Shown: piece by piece, positions 7,708 through 23,417 of the stretch
Numbering within the stretch: the stretch's first letter is position 1
Layout of the letters: every line of letters begins with the position of its first letter
From: an uncultured Christensenellaceae bacterium
Lineage (GTDB): Bacteria > Bacillota > Clostridia > Christensenellales > UBA3700
NCBI GenBank assembly: GCA_944383905.1
Contig: CALWRI010000001.1
Span: 23,766-87,765 of the forward strand
DNA length: 64,000 nt
Reading direction: 5' to 3'
Notes under the pieces: model-generated
Seen by the model: only the letters and a program-made list of their open reading frames with translations
Told to the model about the DNA's origin: nothing
The model's database searches: none
Position numbers and translations under genes: made by a program

Positions 7708-9882
7708 ATGCAGGATATTTGCGAAGACCTGCTCAAAGGTCTCAACGAAGAACAAAAAACCGCGGTCTCGTCGACCGAAGGCTACGTCCGCGTCGTCGCG
7801 GGCGCGGGAAGCGGAAAAACGCGAGTGCTTACCACCCGCTACGTCTATATTGCAAAAGTACTGGGCGTGGCTCCGTCGCGCATACTTTCGGTCACCTTTA
7901 CCAACAAGGCGGCGAAAGAGATGAAAAAACGCATCCTGCGCTATATGCCCGACGAGGACGGCGGCTGGATACTTACCTTTCACGGTGCCTGCAACAAAAT
8001 CCTCAAAGAGGAGATCCACCGCCTGCATTACCCGTCAAACTTCCTGATCATGGACGAGGAAGACCAGAAATCCCTGCTCAAAAAGATATACGAAGAAAAC
8101 GGATTGACGCTCAAGGACCACAACTTCAAAAGCTGTCTCGACGCGATCGGAGTATACAAAGGCAAAAACGGCTACGTCCCCTATTTCAGCGACCCGACGG
8201 GTCAGACCGCGGCGCCGGGACTGCCGCGCGCGGACGAAAAAGGCTCTCTTGATTTCATAACCAAAAAATACCTCGAGCTTCAACGCAAAAATTACTTTCT
8301 CGACTTTGACGATCTCGTGTTCTTCACTCTGCAGATATTCTACGACTTCGACGACGCGCGCGAAAAATGGCAAAGACAGTTCGAATATATTCAGGTTGAC
8401 GAGTTTCAGGACGTCTCAAAACCCGAATACACCCTCGTCGAAATGCTCTCTCTCCTCAACAAAAATATGTTCGTCGTCGGCGATCCCGATCAGACGATAT
8501 ACACCTGGAGAGGCGCGGACATCAGACTTTTTCTCGACTTCGACAAGGCGTTCGGCGGGGTAAAGACGATCGTCCTCGGCAAGAATTACCGCTCGACGCC
8601 CGAGATCCTCGCCGTCGGCAACTCCCTGATACGCCACAATACGCAGAGAATAAAAAAAGACCTCGTCGCAGTCAGAAAAAACGGGGTAAAAACGCGTTAC
8701 TTCCACGCGGCTACCCGTCAGCAGGAATGTGAATTCATCGCGGGCGAGATAACCGCGCTGCACGAAAAAGGCGTCCCGCTCGGCGACATCGCCGTACTCT
8801 ACCGCAGCAACTATATGTCCCGCTCCGTCGAAGACGCTTTCCTCAAATACGGCGTGCCCTACACCGTCTACAACGGGGTCGAATTTTACAAGAGAAAGGA
8901 GATAAAGGACGCGGTCGCATATCTGCGTATGTTCGTTTACAAGGACGATCTGTCTTTCTCGCGCATAGTCAACGTGCCCGCGCGGGGCATAGGCAAAAAG
9001 CGACTTGCCGCGATCTCCGCGCTCGCGCAGAACGAAAACCTGACGCTTTATCAGGCTTTCTCAAAGCTCGCCGACTCCGCGCTGTTCGCAGGTACGGGCG
9101 CAAAAAAACTGCTCAACGTCATAGAGGAAGGTTGCATCCGCGCGCAGGCGGCAGACGTCGACGTCTCCGACCTTCTCGACTTCGCTCTCAAAAAAAGCGG
9201 ATACGAAGAATATCTGATGTTGTGCGGGGATCAGAACAGGCTCGACAACGTCAACGAACTCAAAGCCGCGATAAAAGACTTTGTGGACGAAGCCGGCGAA
9301 CACGTCACTCCCGAAGAATATCTGAACGCAGTCGCGCTCATATCCAACTCCGACTCCGAGGACAAGGAACAGAGCGTGAAGCTGATGACCGTGCACACCG
9401 CAAAAGGGCTGGAATTTCCCTGCGTCTTCGTCTGCTCTCTCAACGAAGGACTGTTCCCGTCGCAGAAGATAGAAAACAAACAACAGATGGAAGAAGAAAG
9501 GAGAGTCGCTTACGTCGCGTTCACGAGAGCCAAAGACAGACTTTATCTGACCGACTCCGACGGGTTCGACTTGCAGACGAAAGGTCGTCTGATGCCCTCC
9601 CGTTTCATCTTCAACATCGACGAATCCCTGATCGACAAAAGCGGAGTGATGACCGACGAGTATCTGCACGCGGCGCTCGAATACATACGCGCGAGCGAAT
9701 ACGCTCTGAATCATCCGTCCGTGCCCGACTTCCGCACCTATCTCGGCGGAGACAGGGTGCGCCATCCCGTGTTCGGAGACGGTACGGTAACGGGCAGACA
9801 AAGCGGTTGCTACGTCGTGAAATTCGACAACGGCAACGTCCGCACCATATCCGAAGGAAGCGGCGTACTCAAACCTATCTGA
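7708..9882 (+). CDS. pcrA: ATP-dependent DNA helicase PcrA/UvrD family
   Basis: Walker A AGAGSGKT. UvrD/Rep motifs (TFTNKAAKEM, VDEFQD, GDPDQTIY, NYRS, VHTAKGLEF). Confidence 0.92.
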   Translation: MQDICEDLLKGLNEEQKTAVSSTEGYVRVVAGAGSGKTRVLTTRYVYIAKVLGVAPSRILSVTFTNKAAKEMKKRILRYMPDEDGGWILTFHGACNKILKEEIHRLHYPSNFLIMDEEDQKSLLKKIYEENGLTLKDHNFKSCLDAIGVYKGKNGYVPYFSDPTGQTAAPGLPRADEKGSLDFITKKYLELQRKNYFLDFDDLVFFTLQIFYDFDDAREKWQRQFEYIQVDEFQDVSKPEYTLVEMLSLLNKNMFVVGDPDQTIYTWRGADIRLFLDFDKAFGGVKTIVLGKNYRSTPEILAVGNSLIRHNTQRIKKDLVAVRKNGVKTRYFHAATRQQECEFIAGEITALHEKGVPLGDIAVLYRSNYMSRSVEDAFLKYGVPYTVYNGVEFYKRKEIKDAVAYLRMFVYKDDLSFSRIVNVPARGIGKKRLAAISALAQNENLTLYQAFSKLADSALFAGTGAKKLLNVIEEGCIRAQAADVDVSDLLDFALKKSGYEEYLMLCGDQNRLDNVNELKAAIKDFVDEAGEHVTPEEYLNAVALISNSDSEDKEQSVKLMTVHTAKGLEFPCVFVCSLNEGLFPSQKIENKQQMEEERRVAYVAFTRAKDRLYLTDSDGFDLQTKGRLMPSRFIFNIDESLIDKSGVMTDEYLHAALEYIRASEYALNHPSVPDFRTYLGGDRVRHPVFGDGTVTGRQSGCYVVKFDNGNVRTISEGSGVLKPI

Positions 9883-9940
9883 CGTTTTATCTACACGGGC
9901 AGGAAAATTTTGCAAACGCTATTGTCTGACGACAAAAAAA

Positions 9941-9969
9941 GAAAAGGCGCCGTTAAGACGCCTTTTTTT
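9941..9969. terminator. Probable bidirectional terminator between pcrA and dapL
   Basis: Short GC stem GGCG..CGCC with an A-run upstream and TTTTTTT downstream. The stem is weak (4-5 bp). Confidence 0.5.
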
Positions 9970-10011
9970 GTCGCTTATTGAAATCCGTTTCGCGGCAGTA
10001 TGTCCGCTCTG

Positions 10012-11199
10012 TTATTCCGAAAGAAGCTCTACCAGCTTTTTTGCCGCCGTCTCGGTATCCTCGGGACTGCCGAAAGTGGAGAATCTGAAATATCCTTCGC
10101 CGCACGAGCCGAAGCCTTCGCCGGGAGTGCCGACTATCTGCGCCTTTTCGAGAAGGAAATCGAAGAACTCCCAGCTGCTCATGCCTTTGGGACATTGCAT
10201 CCAGACATAAGGAGCGTTTTTGCCGCCGCAATACCATATCCCGAGCTTGTCGAGCGCGTCGGTGAGGTATTTCGCGTTGCGCTTGTAAACGGCGATATTC
10301 GCCTTTATCTGCCTTTGACCTTCTTCGGTAAAGACTGCCGCGGCGCCCTTCTGAAGAATGTAAGAAACGCCGTTCGTCTTCGTCGTGCGGTTTCTGACCC
10401 ACATCGCGTTGAGGTTCATCCCCTCTCTTTCAAGCTCTTTGGGTATCACCGTGTAGCCGCAGCGCGTGCCCGTGAAACCCGCCGTCTTGGACAGCGAACA
10501 TATCTCGATCGCGCACGTTCTCGCGCCTTCTATCTCGAAGATGCTGTGCGGGAGACCGTCGTCCTCGATAAACGCTTCGTATGCTGCGTCGAAGAGTATC
10601 ACCGCGCCTTTCTCGTTGGCGAAGTCCACCCATTTTTTGAGCTTTTCCCTGGTAAAGACCGCTCCCGTCGGGTTGTTGGGAGAACAGATATAAAAAAGGC
10701 TCGCCCTGATATTCTCGTCGGGTACGGGCAAAAATCCGTCCTCTCTGCCCGAAGCGAGATGCTGTATTTTCCTGCCCGCCATCACGTTGGCGTCGACGTA
10801 TGCGGGATATGCCGGCTCTATCACGAGCGCGTCGGACGACTTGTCGAAAAGGTCGAGAATGTCGCCCAGCTCGTCGCTGGCACCGCTTGAAACAAAGACC
10901 TCGTCAACGTCGATTTCTACACCCCTGTGTTGATAATAGCCTGCAACCGCGCTCTTGAAAAAGTGCGCGCCGCACTCCGGCATATAGCCGTGGAAGGTCT
11001 CCTTTTTCGCCTGATCGTCGACCGCTTCGTGAAGCGCCTTTATGACTTCGTCGCAAAGCGGAAGAGATACGTCGCCTATGCCGAGACGGTAGAGTTTTGC
11101 CCCGTCGTGACTTTCGACGTAAGCCCTCGTCTTTTGAGCTATCCTGTAAAAAAGATAGGAATCCTTGAGTTGCGAATAGTTGTGATTGGGCGTCAACAT
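10012..11199 (-). CDS. dapL: LL-diaminopimelate aminotransferase
   Basis: Class I aminotransferase with the DapL-type N-terminus (NYSQLKDSYLF) and the SLSKTAGFTG PLP-lysine motif. Adjacent to dapF. Confidence 0.85.
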   Translation of the reverse strand: MLTPNHNYSQLKDSYLFYRIAQKTRAYVESHDGAKLYRLGIGDVSLPLCDEVIKALHEAVDDQAKKETFHGYMPECGAHFFKSAVAGYYQHRGVEIDVDEVFVSSGASDELGDILDLFDKSSDALVIEPAYPAYVDANVMAGRKIQHLASGREDGFLPVPDENIRASLFYICSPNNPTGAVFTREKLKKWVDFANEKGAVILFDAAYEAFIEDDGLPHSIFEIEGARTCAIEICSLSKTAGFTGTRCGYTVIPKELEREGMNLNAMWVRNRTTKTNGVSYILQKGAAAVFTEEGQRQIKANIAVYKRNAKYLTDALDKLGIWYCGGKNAPYVWMQCPKGMSSWEFFDFLLEKAQIVGTPGEGFGSCGEGYFRFSTFGSPEDTETAAKKLVELLSE

Positions 11200-11975
11200 T
11201 TTATCTCTCCTTCAAAGACGGTGCGCGCGGGGCCCGTCATTGTCACTCTGCCGTTTTCCTCTCTTATGCGGAGCACTCCTCCGTCGAGAGTCACGTCGAC
11301 ATCCGCGCCGCCGTCGCAAAGTCCTTTCTTTATCGCCGCGGCGACGCTCGCGCACGTTCCCGTGCCGCACGCCATGGTTATGCCGCTGCCTCTCTCCCAG
11401 ACGCGCATACGCAGTCTGTTGTCGCCCGTCACGCTGACGAATTCGACGTTTACGCCGCCCGGGAAGCGTCTGTGCTTTTCGATCATAGGTCCGACCGTAT
11501 CGACGGGAGCCTTGTCCGCGTCGTCGACGAAGATCACCGCGTGCGGATTGCCGACGTCTACGGGTATGAATTTTATGCCGCCCGCAACGTCGAGGGTCTC
11601 CTCTTCTCCGACCCTGACCTCGCCCATATCCACCGCGACGCTGTCGACCTCTCCGTCCCTGACGTTGAGGCGGAGACGTCTGACGCCCGAAAGCGTCTCC
11701 ACGTCGAGCTCCGTCTTTTTGGTATATCCTTTGTCATAGACGAATTTGCCCACGCAGCGTATTCCGTTGCCGCACATCTTCGCCTCGCTTCCGTCCGCGT
11801 TGAAAATGCGCATTCTGAAATCCGCGACGTCGGAAAGGCTTATCAGAACGAGCCCGTCCCCGCCTATACCGAAATGGCGGTCGGACAGCTTTACGCTCAA
11901 AGCCTCGGGGTCCTTCGGCGCGCCGTACACATAGATATAGTCGTTGCCGAGCCCCTCCATTTTTGTGAATTTCAT
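11193..11975 (-). CDS. dapF: Diaminopimelate epimerase
   Basis: MKFTKMEGLGNDYIYV N-terminus. Catalytic Cys motifs (MCGNGIRC, ACGTGTCA). Confidence 0.93.
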   Translation of the reverse strand: MKFTKMEGLGNDYIYVYGAPKDPEALSVKLSDRHFGIGGDGLVLISLSDVADFRMRIFNADGSEAKMCGNGIRCVGKFVYDKGYTKKTELDVETLSGVRRLRLNVRDGEVDSVAVDMGEVRVGEEETLDVAGGIKFIPVDVGNPHAVIFVDDADKAPVDTVGPMIEKHRRFPGGVNVEFVSVTGDNRLRMRVWERGSGITMACGTGTCASVAAAIKKGLCDGGADVDVTLDGGVLRIREENGRVTMTGPARTVFEGEIKC

Positions 11976-11983
11976 ATTTTCTC

Positions 11984-14900
11984 CTATTTTGCGTCTATCG
12001 TGGATACGTTGAGCGTGATCTCCTCAAGCACGTCGAGGAGCGCCCTGACCGTATCGAGCGCGGTGAGCACGGTGACGTTGTTCTCTATCGCGCATTGTCT
12101 TATCGCGGAGCCGTCGCTTATCCTGTTTTCGCTGCTCACGTCGCGGGTGTTTATGACATAAGTCACATAACCCTGTCGTATCGAGTCGAGTATGTCGGTC
12201 GATCCGTCGCTGATCTTCTTCATCACGCGCGTCTTGATCCCATGACCTTTGAGGAACTTCGCGGTGCCCTCCGTCGCCTCGATATTAAAGCCGAGGTTGT
12301 AGAACCTGCGTATCAACGGGAGCGCCTCTTCCTTGTCGTCGTCGGCTATGGTTGCGAGCACCGTGCCGTAATTCTGCACCTTGACGCCAGAAGCCTGCAA
12401 CGCCTTGTAAAGCGCGCGGGTCAGGCTCTTGTCGTAACCTATCGCCTCGCCCGTCGATTTCATCTCGGGAGACAGATATGAATCCATACCGCGCAGTTTG
12501 GAGAACGAGAACGCAGGCGCCTTGGCGTAACAGCGCTTCTTTTCCTCCGGGTACACGCAGTTTATGCCCTGTTCTTTGAGACTCTTGCCGAGTATCGCGA
12601 GAGTCGCTATGTCCGCGAGATCGTATCCCGTCGCTTTGGACAGGAAAGGCACCGTACGCGAAGAACGCGGATTGACCTCTATGATAAAGACGTTTTCGTC
12701 CTTGTCCACGATGAATTGGATGTTGTAAAGTCCGATTATGCCTATGCCTCTGCCCAGCTTCTGCGTATAGTCGAGAATGACGTCCTTGACCTTTTGCGAG
12801 ATCGAGAACGAGGGGTAGACGCTTATCGAGTCGCCGGAGTGCACGCCCGTGCGTTCGACGAGCTCCATTATGCCGGGCACGAACACGTCCTTGCCGTCGC
12901 ATACCGCGTCGACTTCGACCTCCTTGCCCTTGATGTATTTGTCGACGAGCACGGGTTTGTCCTCGTCTATTTCGACTGCGGTCTTGAGATAGTGGCGCAG
13001 CTGTTCTTCGCCCGCGACTATTCTCATCGCTCTGCCGCCGAGCACGAAGCTGGGACGGACGAGCACGGGATAGCCTATCTCTTCCGCCGCCCTGATGCCG
13101 TCTTCAATCTTTGTGACTGCTCTGCCCTTCGGCTGCGGGATATTGAGCTCGACGAGCAATTTTTCAAACGCGTCGCGGTTTTCCGCCTTTTCTATCGCGT
13201 CGCGGTCCGTACCGATTATTTTGACGCCGCGCTCGTAAAGAGGCTCCGCGAGGTTGATCGCCGTCTGACCTCCGAGAGACGCGATCACGCCTATCGGCTT
13301 TTCAAGCTCTATCACGTTCATGACGTCCTCGACGCAGAGAGGCTCGAAGTACAGCTTGTCCGACGTAGTGTAGTCGGTGGAAACCGTCTCGGGGTTGTTA
13401 TTTATGATTATTGCCTCAAATCCCGCCTTTTTAATCGTCTTTACCGCGTGAACGGTGGAATAGTCGAATTCCACGCCCTGTCCTATACGGATGGGTCCGC
13501 TGCCGAGCACGACGACTTTCTTCTTGTCCGAAACGACGGATTCGTTCTCCTGTTCGTAAGTGGAATAGAAATAAGGAATATAGCTTTCGAATTCCGACGC
13601 GCAGCTGTCTATCATCTTGTAGACGGGACGTATGCCGTTTTGCTCGCGCACCTTTCTGACCTCGGCTTCGCTCGTGCCGGCATACTTTGCGACCGACTTG
13701 TCGGAGAAACCGAATTTTTTCGCTTCGAGGACGGCTTTTGCAGTCGCGCCCGTCTTTGCGAGAGATCTTTCTATTTCGACGATATGCCTGATCTTGTGCA
13801 GGAAGAAGTCGTCGATCGCGGTGACCGCGTTGATCTCCTCCTCCGTCGCGTCGAGACGGAATAGCTGCGCGATCGCGTATATCCTGTCGTCCGTGCCTAT
13901 TCTGACGTAATCGAGAAGGGCTTGTTTGTCCATATCGTCAAACTTCGCCATATAGACGTGATTGACGCCCGTTTCGAGCGAACGCACCGCTTTGAGCAGA
14001 CTCTCCTCAAAAGTCCTGCCGACGCTCATGACCTCGCCCGTTGCCTTCATCTGCGTGCCCAGCTTGTTGTTGGCGTCCGCGAATTTGTCAAACGGGAAAC
14101 GCGGCATCTTGCTGACGACGTAGTCGAGAGAAGGCTCGAAAGAAGCGGGGGTGTTGGCAAGCATGATCTCGTCGAGGTTCATGCCCACGCCTATCTTTGC
14201 CGAGACGCGCGCTATAGGGTAGCCGCTCGCCTTGGAAGCAAGCGCGGAAGAACGCGAAACTCTGGGATTAACTTCTATCAGATAGTATTGGAAGGACTTG
14301 GGATCAAGCGCGAACTGCACGTTGCAACCGCCCTTGATCTCAAGCGCGCGGATTATCTTGAGCGCGCTGTCGCGGAGCATATGATATTCCCTGTTGGTCA
14401 ATGTCTGCGACGGGCAGACAACGATCGAGTCTCCCGTGTGTATGCCGACGGGGTCGAGGTTTTCCATATTGCATATCGTGATAGCTGTGTCGTTGGCGTC
14501 GCGCATGACCTCGTACTCTATCTCCTTGAAGCCCTTTATGCTCTTTTCGACGAGCACCTGGTGAGTCGGAGAAAGCGCAAGCGCGTTTTTGATTATCTCG
14601 AGGAACTCCTCCTCGTTATCCGCAAAACCGCCGCCCGTTCCTCCGAGAGTAAACGCGGGGCGAAGCACGACGGGATAACCTATCTTCTCGACCGCCGCGA
14701 GTCCTTCTTCTATCGAATTGGCGATCTCGGACGGCAATACGGGTTCCCCGAGAGACTGACACAGCTCTTTGAACAGCTCCCTGTCTTCCGCCCTCTCGAT
14801 GCTCTTGCTGTTCGTGCCGAGAAGCTCGACGCGGCACTCTCTCAATATTCCCTTTTTCTCAAGCTGCATCGCGAGGTTGAGTCCCGTCTGTCCGCCTATG

Positions 14901-15158
14901 CCGGGGATTATCGCGTCGGGGCGCTCGTAACGTATTATCTTGGCGATATATTCGAGAGTGAGCGGCTCCATGTATACCTTGTCCGCGATCGAGGTGTCCG
15001 TCATTATGGTCGCGGGATTGGAGTTGCAAAGCACGACTTCGTAGCCCTCTTCCTTGAGCGCGAGACACGCCTGCGTGCCCGCATAATCGAATTCCGCCGC
15101 CTGTCCTATGACGATGGGTCCGGATCCTATGACGAGTATTTTCTTCAGGTCGGTTCTT

Positions 15159-15166
<8 letters not shown>
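11984..15166 (-). CDS. carB: Carbamoyl-phosphate synthase large subunit
   Basis: 1060 aa with duplicated ATP-grasp halves and an MGS-like C-terminal domain. Canonical N-terminus [23 protein letters not shown]. Confidence 0.97.
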
Positions 15167-19415
<4,249 letters not shown>

Positions 19416-19447
19416 ATATATGCCTCTCAAATATATTTTTTACGGTA

Positions 19448-21025
19448 TCATTTCCCGCTGTCGCCGTAGTTGGAAAGCACTCTCGCCGAAGGATCGGACA
19501 CTTCGCAGCCTTTCCAGCTCCTGTTTGGCATCCAGAAGTCCTTTATCATCTCCGCCTGACCGGGATAATATTTTTCGAACAACTCTCTGTACAGCAGGGA
19601 TTCTTTGGTGAACGGGCGCGCGTGCGTGTACCGCGCGCGTCTTTCTTCATATTCTTTATCCGAATAATACCCGTTTGCGTATTCCTTCAGATAGTCGACC
19701 ATCGAGTGCCCGACCGCGTCGGAAAACGCCGCTTTTTCTCTCATCAGTATATCCCGCGGCAACAGCCCGTCGTCTTCGAAAGCCTTGCGGAGCAGGTATT
19801 TGCCCTTGCCGTAGACGTTCATCTTTATCGCGGGATCGAGACTCATCACATACTCGACGAAATCGAGATCGCCGAACGGCACCCTCGCTTCGAGCGAGTT
19901 GACGGATATGCACCTGTCCGCGCGCAGCACGTCGTACATATAAAGCTCCCCGACCCTCTTTTGCGCTTCCTTCTGAAACTCGTCCGCACTCGGCGCAAAG
20001 TCGGTATATTTGTAGCCGAACAGCTCGTCCGAGATCTCTCCCGTGAGTATGACCCTGACGTCCGTCTTCTCGTGTATCGCCTTGCAGACGAGATACATGC
20101 CTATGCTCGCGCGTATCGTGGTTATGTCGTAGGTGCCCAGCACCTTTACCACCGTTTCGAGAGCGTTGAGCACGGTGTCTCTGTCGATTATCACTTCGGT
20201 GTGCTCGCTGCAGATATAGTCCGCGACTTCGCGGGCGTAACGCAGATCTATCGCGTCGCCGCTCATGCCTATCGAAAAGGTCTTTATCTTTCCCAGCTTC
20301 CTTGCGGCAACCGCGCATACGAGCGACGAGTCGAGTCCTCCGCTCAGGAGAAAGCCCACCTTTGCGTCGGATACGAGCCTCTTTTCTATGCCCGCTATCA
20401 GTTTTTCTCTGATCTTCGGGCAAGCGGCGGACGCGTCGTCCGGAGAGACCTTCGCGACCTTCGTCATGTCTCTGTACGAAACGAACTTTTCCCCGTCGTA
20501 ATAGTGACCGGGCGGAAACGGCATTATCCTGTCCGTAAGCCCGACAAGGTTTATCGCCTCGCTTGCGAACATTATCGCGCCGGACGGGTCGTAACCGTAA
20601 AACAACGGTCTTATCCCGATCGGATCGCGCGCCGCGACGAATCTGTCCCTTTCGGAATCGTATATCACGCAGGCAAATTCCGCGTCCAGCATAGCGAACA
20701 TATCCGTTCCGTGCTCCCTGAAGAGAGGCAGGAGCACCTCACAGTCCGAATCGCTCGCGAAAGCGTATCTGCCTTCGAGTTCCTTTCTGAACTTGTCGAA
20801 CCCGTATATCTCGCCGTTGCAGACGACGTAGTCTCCGCCGAGAAAAAAGGGTTGCATCCCTTCGGGCGTAAGTCCCATTATCGCAAGTCTGTGAAAACCC
20901 ATCAGTCCCGCGCCCGTATCGACTATCCTGCTGTCGTCGGGACCTCTCGACGTCGTGCGCGAAAATCCTTCTTCAAACTTGTCGCGCGGCGCGTCTTTGC
21001 GGCAATATGCCATTATCGAACACAT
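19448..21025 (-). CDS. asnB: Asparagine synthase (glutamine-hydrolysing)
   Basis: N-terminal Cys2 (class II amidotransferase). SGGLDSS PP-loop motif. 15 nt downstream of glnN. Confidence 0.9.
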   Translation of the reverse strand: MCSIMAYCRKDAPRDKFEEGFSRTTSRGPDDSRIVDTGAGLMGFHRLAIMGLTPEGMQPFFLGGDYVVCNGEIYGFDKFRKELEGRYAFASDSDCEVLLPLFREHGTDMFAMLDAEFACVIYDSERDRFVAARDPIGIRPLFYGYDPSGAIMFASEAINLVGLTDRIMPFPPGHYYDGEKFVSYRDMTKVAKVSPDDASAACPKIREKLIAGIEKRLVSDAKVGFLLSGGLDSSLVCAVAARKLGKIKTFSIGMSGDAIDLRYAREVADYICSEHTEVIIDRDTVLNALETVVKVLGTYDITTIRASIGMYLVCKAIHEKTDVRVILTGEISDELFGYKYTDFAPSADEFQKEAQKRVGELYMYDVLRADRCISVNSLEARVPFGDLDFVEYVMSLDPAIKMNVYGKGKYLLRKAFEDDGLLPRDILMREKAAFSDAVGHSMVDYLKEYANGYYSDKEYEERRARYTHARPFTKESLLYRELFEKYYPGQAEMIKDFWMPNRSWKGCEVSDPSARVLSNYGDSGK

Positions 21026-21040
21026 AACTTCTCCCCCTTT

Positions 21041-23134
21041 TTACCTGACTCCGAAGAGCAATTCTCCGTAGGTCGGGAACGGCCAGTATTCCGTTGCCAT
21101 CTTCGTCTCCGCTTCGTCTGCGACTGCGCGGAGCGCGCTCATGCAGGGGAGGATCCTGTCCCTGATATAGTTCGCCTCGGATATTATATCACAAAAATCC
21201 TTGACGTGAACGACGGCTTCTTTAAGTTCCTCTGTAAACGCCGCCGTCCTGTCTACCAATACAGACAGCTTTTTCACAATCCCGTGTTCGTAATCGCAAC
21301 TTATGTCGGGCGACAAATTTTTCTTTGAAATTGCCGTTTCACAAATTTTGCAAACGTATTTTTCCACCGCAGGAACGATCTGTTTCTCCGCCATGTCAAC
21401 CATCGTCTCCGCTTCGATCAGTACCGCCTTGCAGTAGTTGTCCAGCATGATGTCGCATCTCGACCTGAGCTCCGACTCCGAATATACGCCCTGCGAAACG
21501 AGCATCTTCACGTTCTTTTCGTCGAGCAGATGCGGCATACAGTCGGGGGTGGTGCGGTAGTTGGAAAGCCCTCTTCTCTCCGCCTCTTTTATCCACGCTT
21601 CGTCATAGCCGTTGCCGTTGAAGATTATTCTCTTGTGATCCTTGATCGTCTTTTTGATCATAAGGTGAAGCGCGGTGTTGAAGTCCTCGACTCCTTCAAG
21701 CCTGTCGGCATACTGTTTGAGTGATTCCGCAACCGCCGCGTTGAGCATGATGTTTGCGCACGCTATGCTGTTGGAAGAACCCAGCATCCTGAACTCGAAC
21801 TTGTTGCCTGTGAACGCAAACGGAGAAGTCCTGTTCCTGTCCGTAGTGTCCTTGGGGAACAGAGGCAAAACGTCAACGCCCAGCTTGAGCTGCGTCTTCT
21901 TTTTTCCGCTGTACGGCTTGTCGTTTTCGATAGCTTCGAGCACCGCGGTGAGCTCGTCTCCGAGGAATACGGAGAGCACTGCGGGCGGCGCTTCGTTTGC
22001 GCCGAGTCTGTGGTCGTTGCCTGCCGTCGCGACCGCGATGCGCAGCAGATCCTGGTAGTCGTCCACCGCTTTGAGCACCGCGCAGAGGAAAAGCAGGAAC
22101 TGCGCGTTTTCATAAGGCGTTTCGCCCGGAGTCAGCAGGTTTACCCCTTTGTCCGTAGCCATCGACCAGTTGTTGTGCTTGCCGCTTCCGTTCACGCCCG
22201 CGAAAGGCTTTTCGTGAAGCAGACAAACGAGACCGTGGCGCGACGCGACCTTTTGCATGATCTCCATGGTCAGCTGGTTGTGGTCCGTCGCTATATTCGT
22301 CGTCGAATATATCGGCGCAAGCTCGTGCTGCGCGGGAGCGACTTCGTTGTGTTCCGTCTTTGCGAGCACGCCCAGCTTCCACAACTCCTCGTTGAGATCA
22401 GCCATATATTCCTCTACCCTCGGCTTTATCACGCCGAAATAGTGATCGTCCAGCTCCTGTCCCTTGGGCGCCTTTGCTCCGAAAAGCGTGCGTCCCGTAT
22501 ATATCAGATCCTTGCGTTTGTCGTAAAGCGCCTTGTCTATAAGGAAGTATTCCTGTTCCGGACCCACGGACGTGCGCACGCACTTGACGTTCGTGTTGCC
22601 GAACAGTCTGAGTATTCTCATCGCCTGTCTGTTGAGCGCTTCCATCGAGCGCAGAAGCGGGGTCTTCTTGTCGAGCGCCTCGCCACCGTAAGAGCAGAAC
22701 GCCGTGGGTATGCAAAGCGTCTTGCCCTTTATAAACGCGAACGAAGTCGGATCCCACGCGGTGTAGCCTCTCGCCTCGAACGTCGCGCGCAGACCGCCCG
22801 AAGGGAAGCTCGAAGCATCCGGCTCGCCCTTTATCAGTTCTTTGCCCGAAAACTCCATGATGACTCTGCCGTCGGGAGCGGGAGTGATGAAGCTGTCATG
22901 CTTCTCCGCGGTTATGCCTGTCAGAGGCTGAAACCAATGGGTGTAATGCGTCGCGCCGTGAGCGATCGCCCAGTCCTTCATGGCACCCGCGACCGCGTTG
23001 GCGACGGATATGTCGAGGGAAGCTCCCCTGTCTATCGTCTTTTTGAGAGACCTGTACACGTCGGCGGAGAGCGTCGCTCTCATGACCCTGTCGTCAAAGA
23101 CCATACTGCCGAAATAGTCGGATACCGTTTGCAT
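21041..23134 (-). CDS. glnN: Glutamine synthetase type III
   Basis: About 700 aa, GS-III length with a conserved N-terminus ([14 protein letters not shown]). Start set at the ATG at 23134, preceded by AAGGAG. Confidence 0.9.
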   Translation of the reverse strand: MQTVSDYFGSMVFDDRVMRATLSADVYRSLKKTIDRGASLDISVANAVAGAMKDWAIAHGATHYTHWFQPLTGITAEKHDSFITPAPDGRVIMEFSGKELIKGEPDASSFPSGGLRATFEARGYTAWDPTSFAFIKGKTLCIPTAFCSYGGEALDKKTPLLRSMEALNRQAMRILRLFGNTNVKCVRTSVGPEQEYFLIDKALYDKRKDLIYTGRTLFGAKAPKGQELDDHYFGVIKPRVEEYMADLNEELWKLGVLAKTEHNEVAPAQHELAPIYSTTNIATDHNQLTMEIMQKVASRHGLVCLLHEKPFAGVNGSGKHNNWSMATDKGVNLLTPGETPYENAQFLLFLCAVLKAVDDYQDLLRIAVATAGNDHRLGANEAPPAVLSVFLGDELTAVLEAIENDKPYSGKKKTQLKLGVDVLPLFPKDTTDRNRTSPFAFTGNKFEFRMLGSSNSIACANIMLNAAVAESLKQYADRLEGVEDFNTALHLMIKKTIKDHKRIIFNGNGYDEAWIKEAERRGLSNYRTTPDCMPHLLDEKNVKMLVSQGVYSESELRSRCDIMLDNYCKAVLIEAETMVDMAEKQIVPAVEKYVCKICETAISKKNLSPDISCDYEHGIVKKLSVLVDRTAAFTEELKEAVVHVKDFCDIISEANYIRDRILPCMSALRAVADEAETKMATEYWPFPTYGELLFGVR

Positions 23135-23155
23135 AATTTTTATCTCCTTTTTATT

Positions 23156-23202
23156 AAAAAAGGGCAATGGCGCCTATGTTTTTACCATAGACGCCATTGC
23201 CC
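23156..23202 (-). terminator. Leader attenuator (intrinsic terminator) in the glnN 5' UTR
   Basis: Minus strand: GGGCAAUGGCGUCUAUG-guaaaaa-CAUAGGCGCCAUUGCCC followed by UUUUUU, between the promoter and the RBS. Confidence 0.8.
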
Positions 23203-23221
23203 GATTTGATTTATGTTTTGG

Positions 23222-23250
23222 ATTATACAAAACCCGTAAAGGTTTGTCAA
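23222..23250 (-). promoter_or_regulatory. Consensus sigma-A promoter of the glnN operon
   Basis: Minus strand: TTGACA (23250..23245), 17-nt spacer, TATAAT (23227..23222). Confidence 0.8.
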
Positions 23251-23318
23251 CGGATTTAAGCAAATTCACAAAAAAATTTTTTTGTCCGTTTTCTGCCCTT
23301 TTTTTTGGTAATTTTATG

Positions 23319-23348
23319 TTGACTAATTCTTTTTTTGCGTGCTATAAT
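23319..23348 (+). promoter_or_regulatory. Sigma-A promoter of the split-GOGAT/glnA/ANTAR operon
   Basis: TTGACT (23319..23324), 18-nt spacer, TATAAT (23343..23348). Confidence 0.75.
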
Positions 23349-23358
23349 CTGTCAAACG

Positions 23359-23417
23359 GGCAAAGGCGTTCGTTTTTGAGGATAATTGTCCTTAAAAACG
23401 CGCCTTTGCCTTTTTTT
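23359..23417 (+). terminator. Leader attenuator (intrinsic terminator) in the GOGAT operon 5' UTR
   Basis: About 22-bp hairpin GGCAAAGGCG-uu-CGUUUUUGAGGA-uaauug-UCCUUAAAAACG-CGCCUUUGCC followed by UUUUUUU. It starts about 10 nt after the -10 box and ends 24 nt before the ATG. Confidence 0.8.

Noticed and set aside
19622-21328. 568-aa plus-strand ORF spanning the asnB/glnN junction
   Set aside because: It is antisense to two confidently identified genes and crosses their intergenic gap. Its composition is typical of a reverse-frame artefact.
23357-23410. Possible glutamine (glnA-motif) riboswitch in the GOGAT leader, because of the CGUUC...AACGCG ends and the nitrogen context
   Set aside because: The sequence folds as one continuous hairpin rather than the three-stem E-loop architecture, and it lacks the conserved GGACGGAAG-type core. 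That class is known from cyanobacteria and marine bacteria, not from Clostridia.
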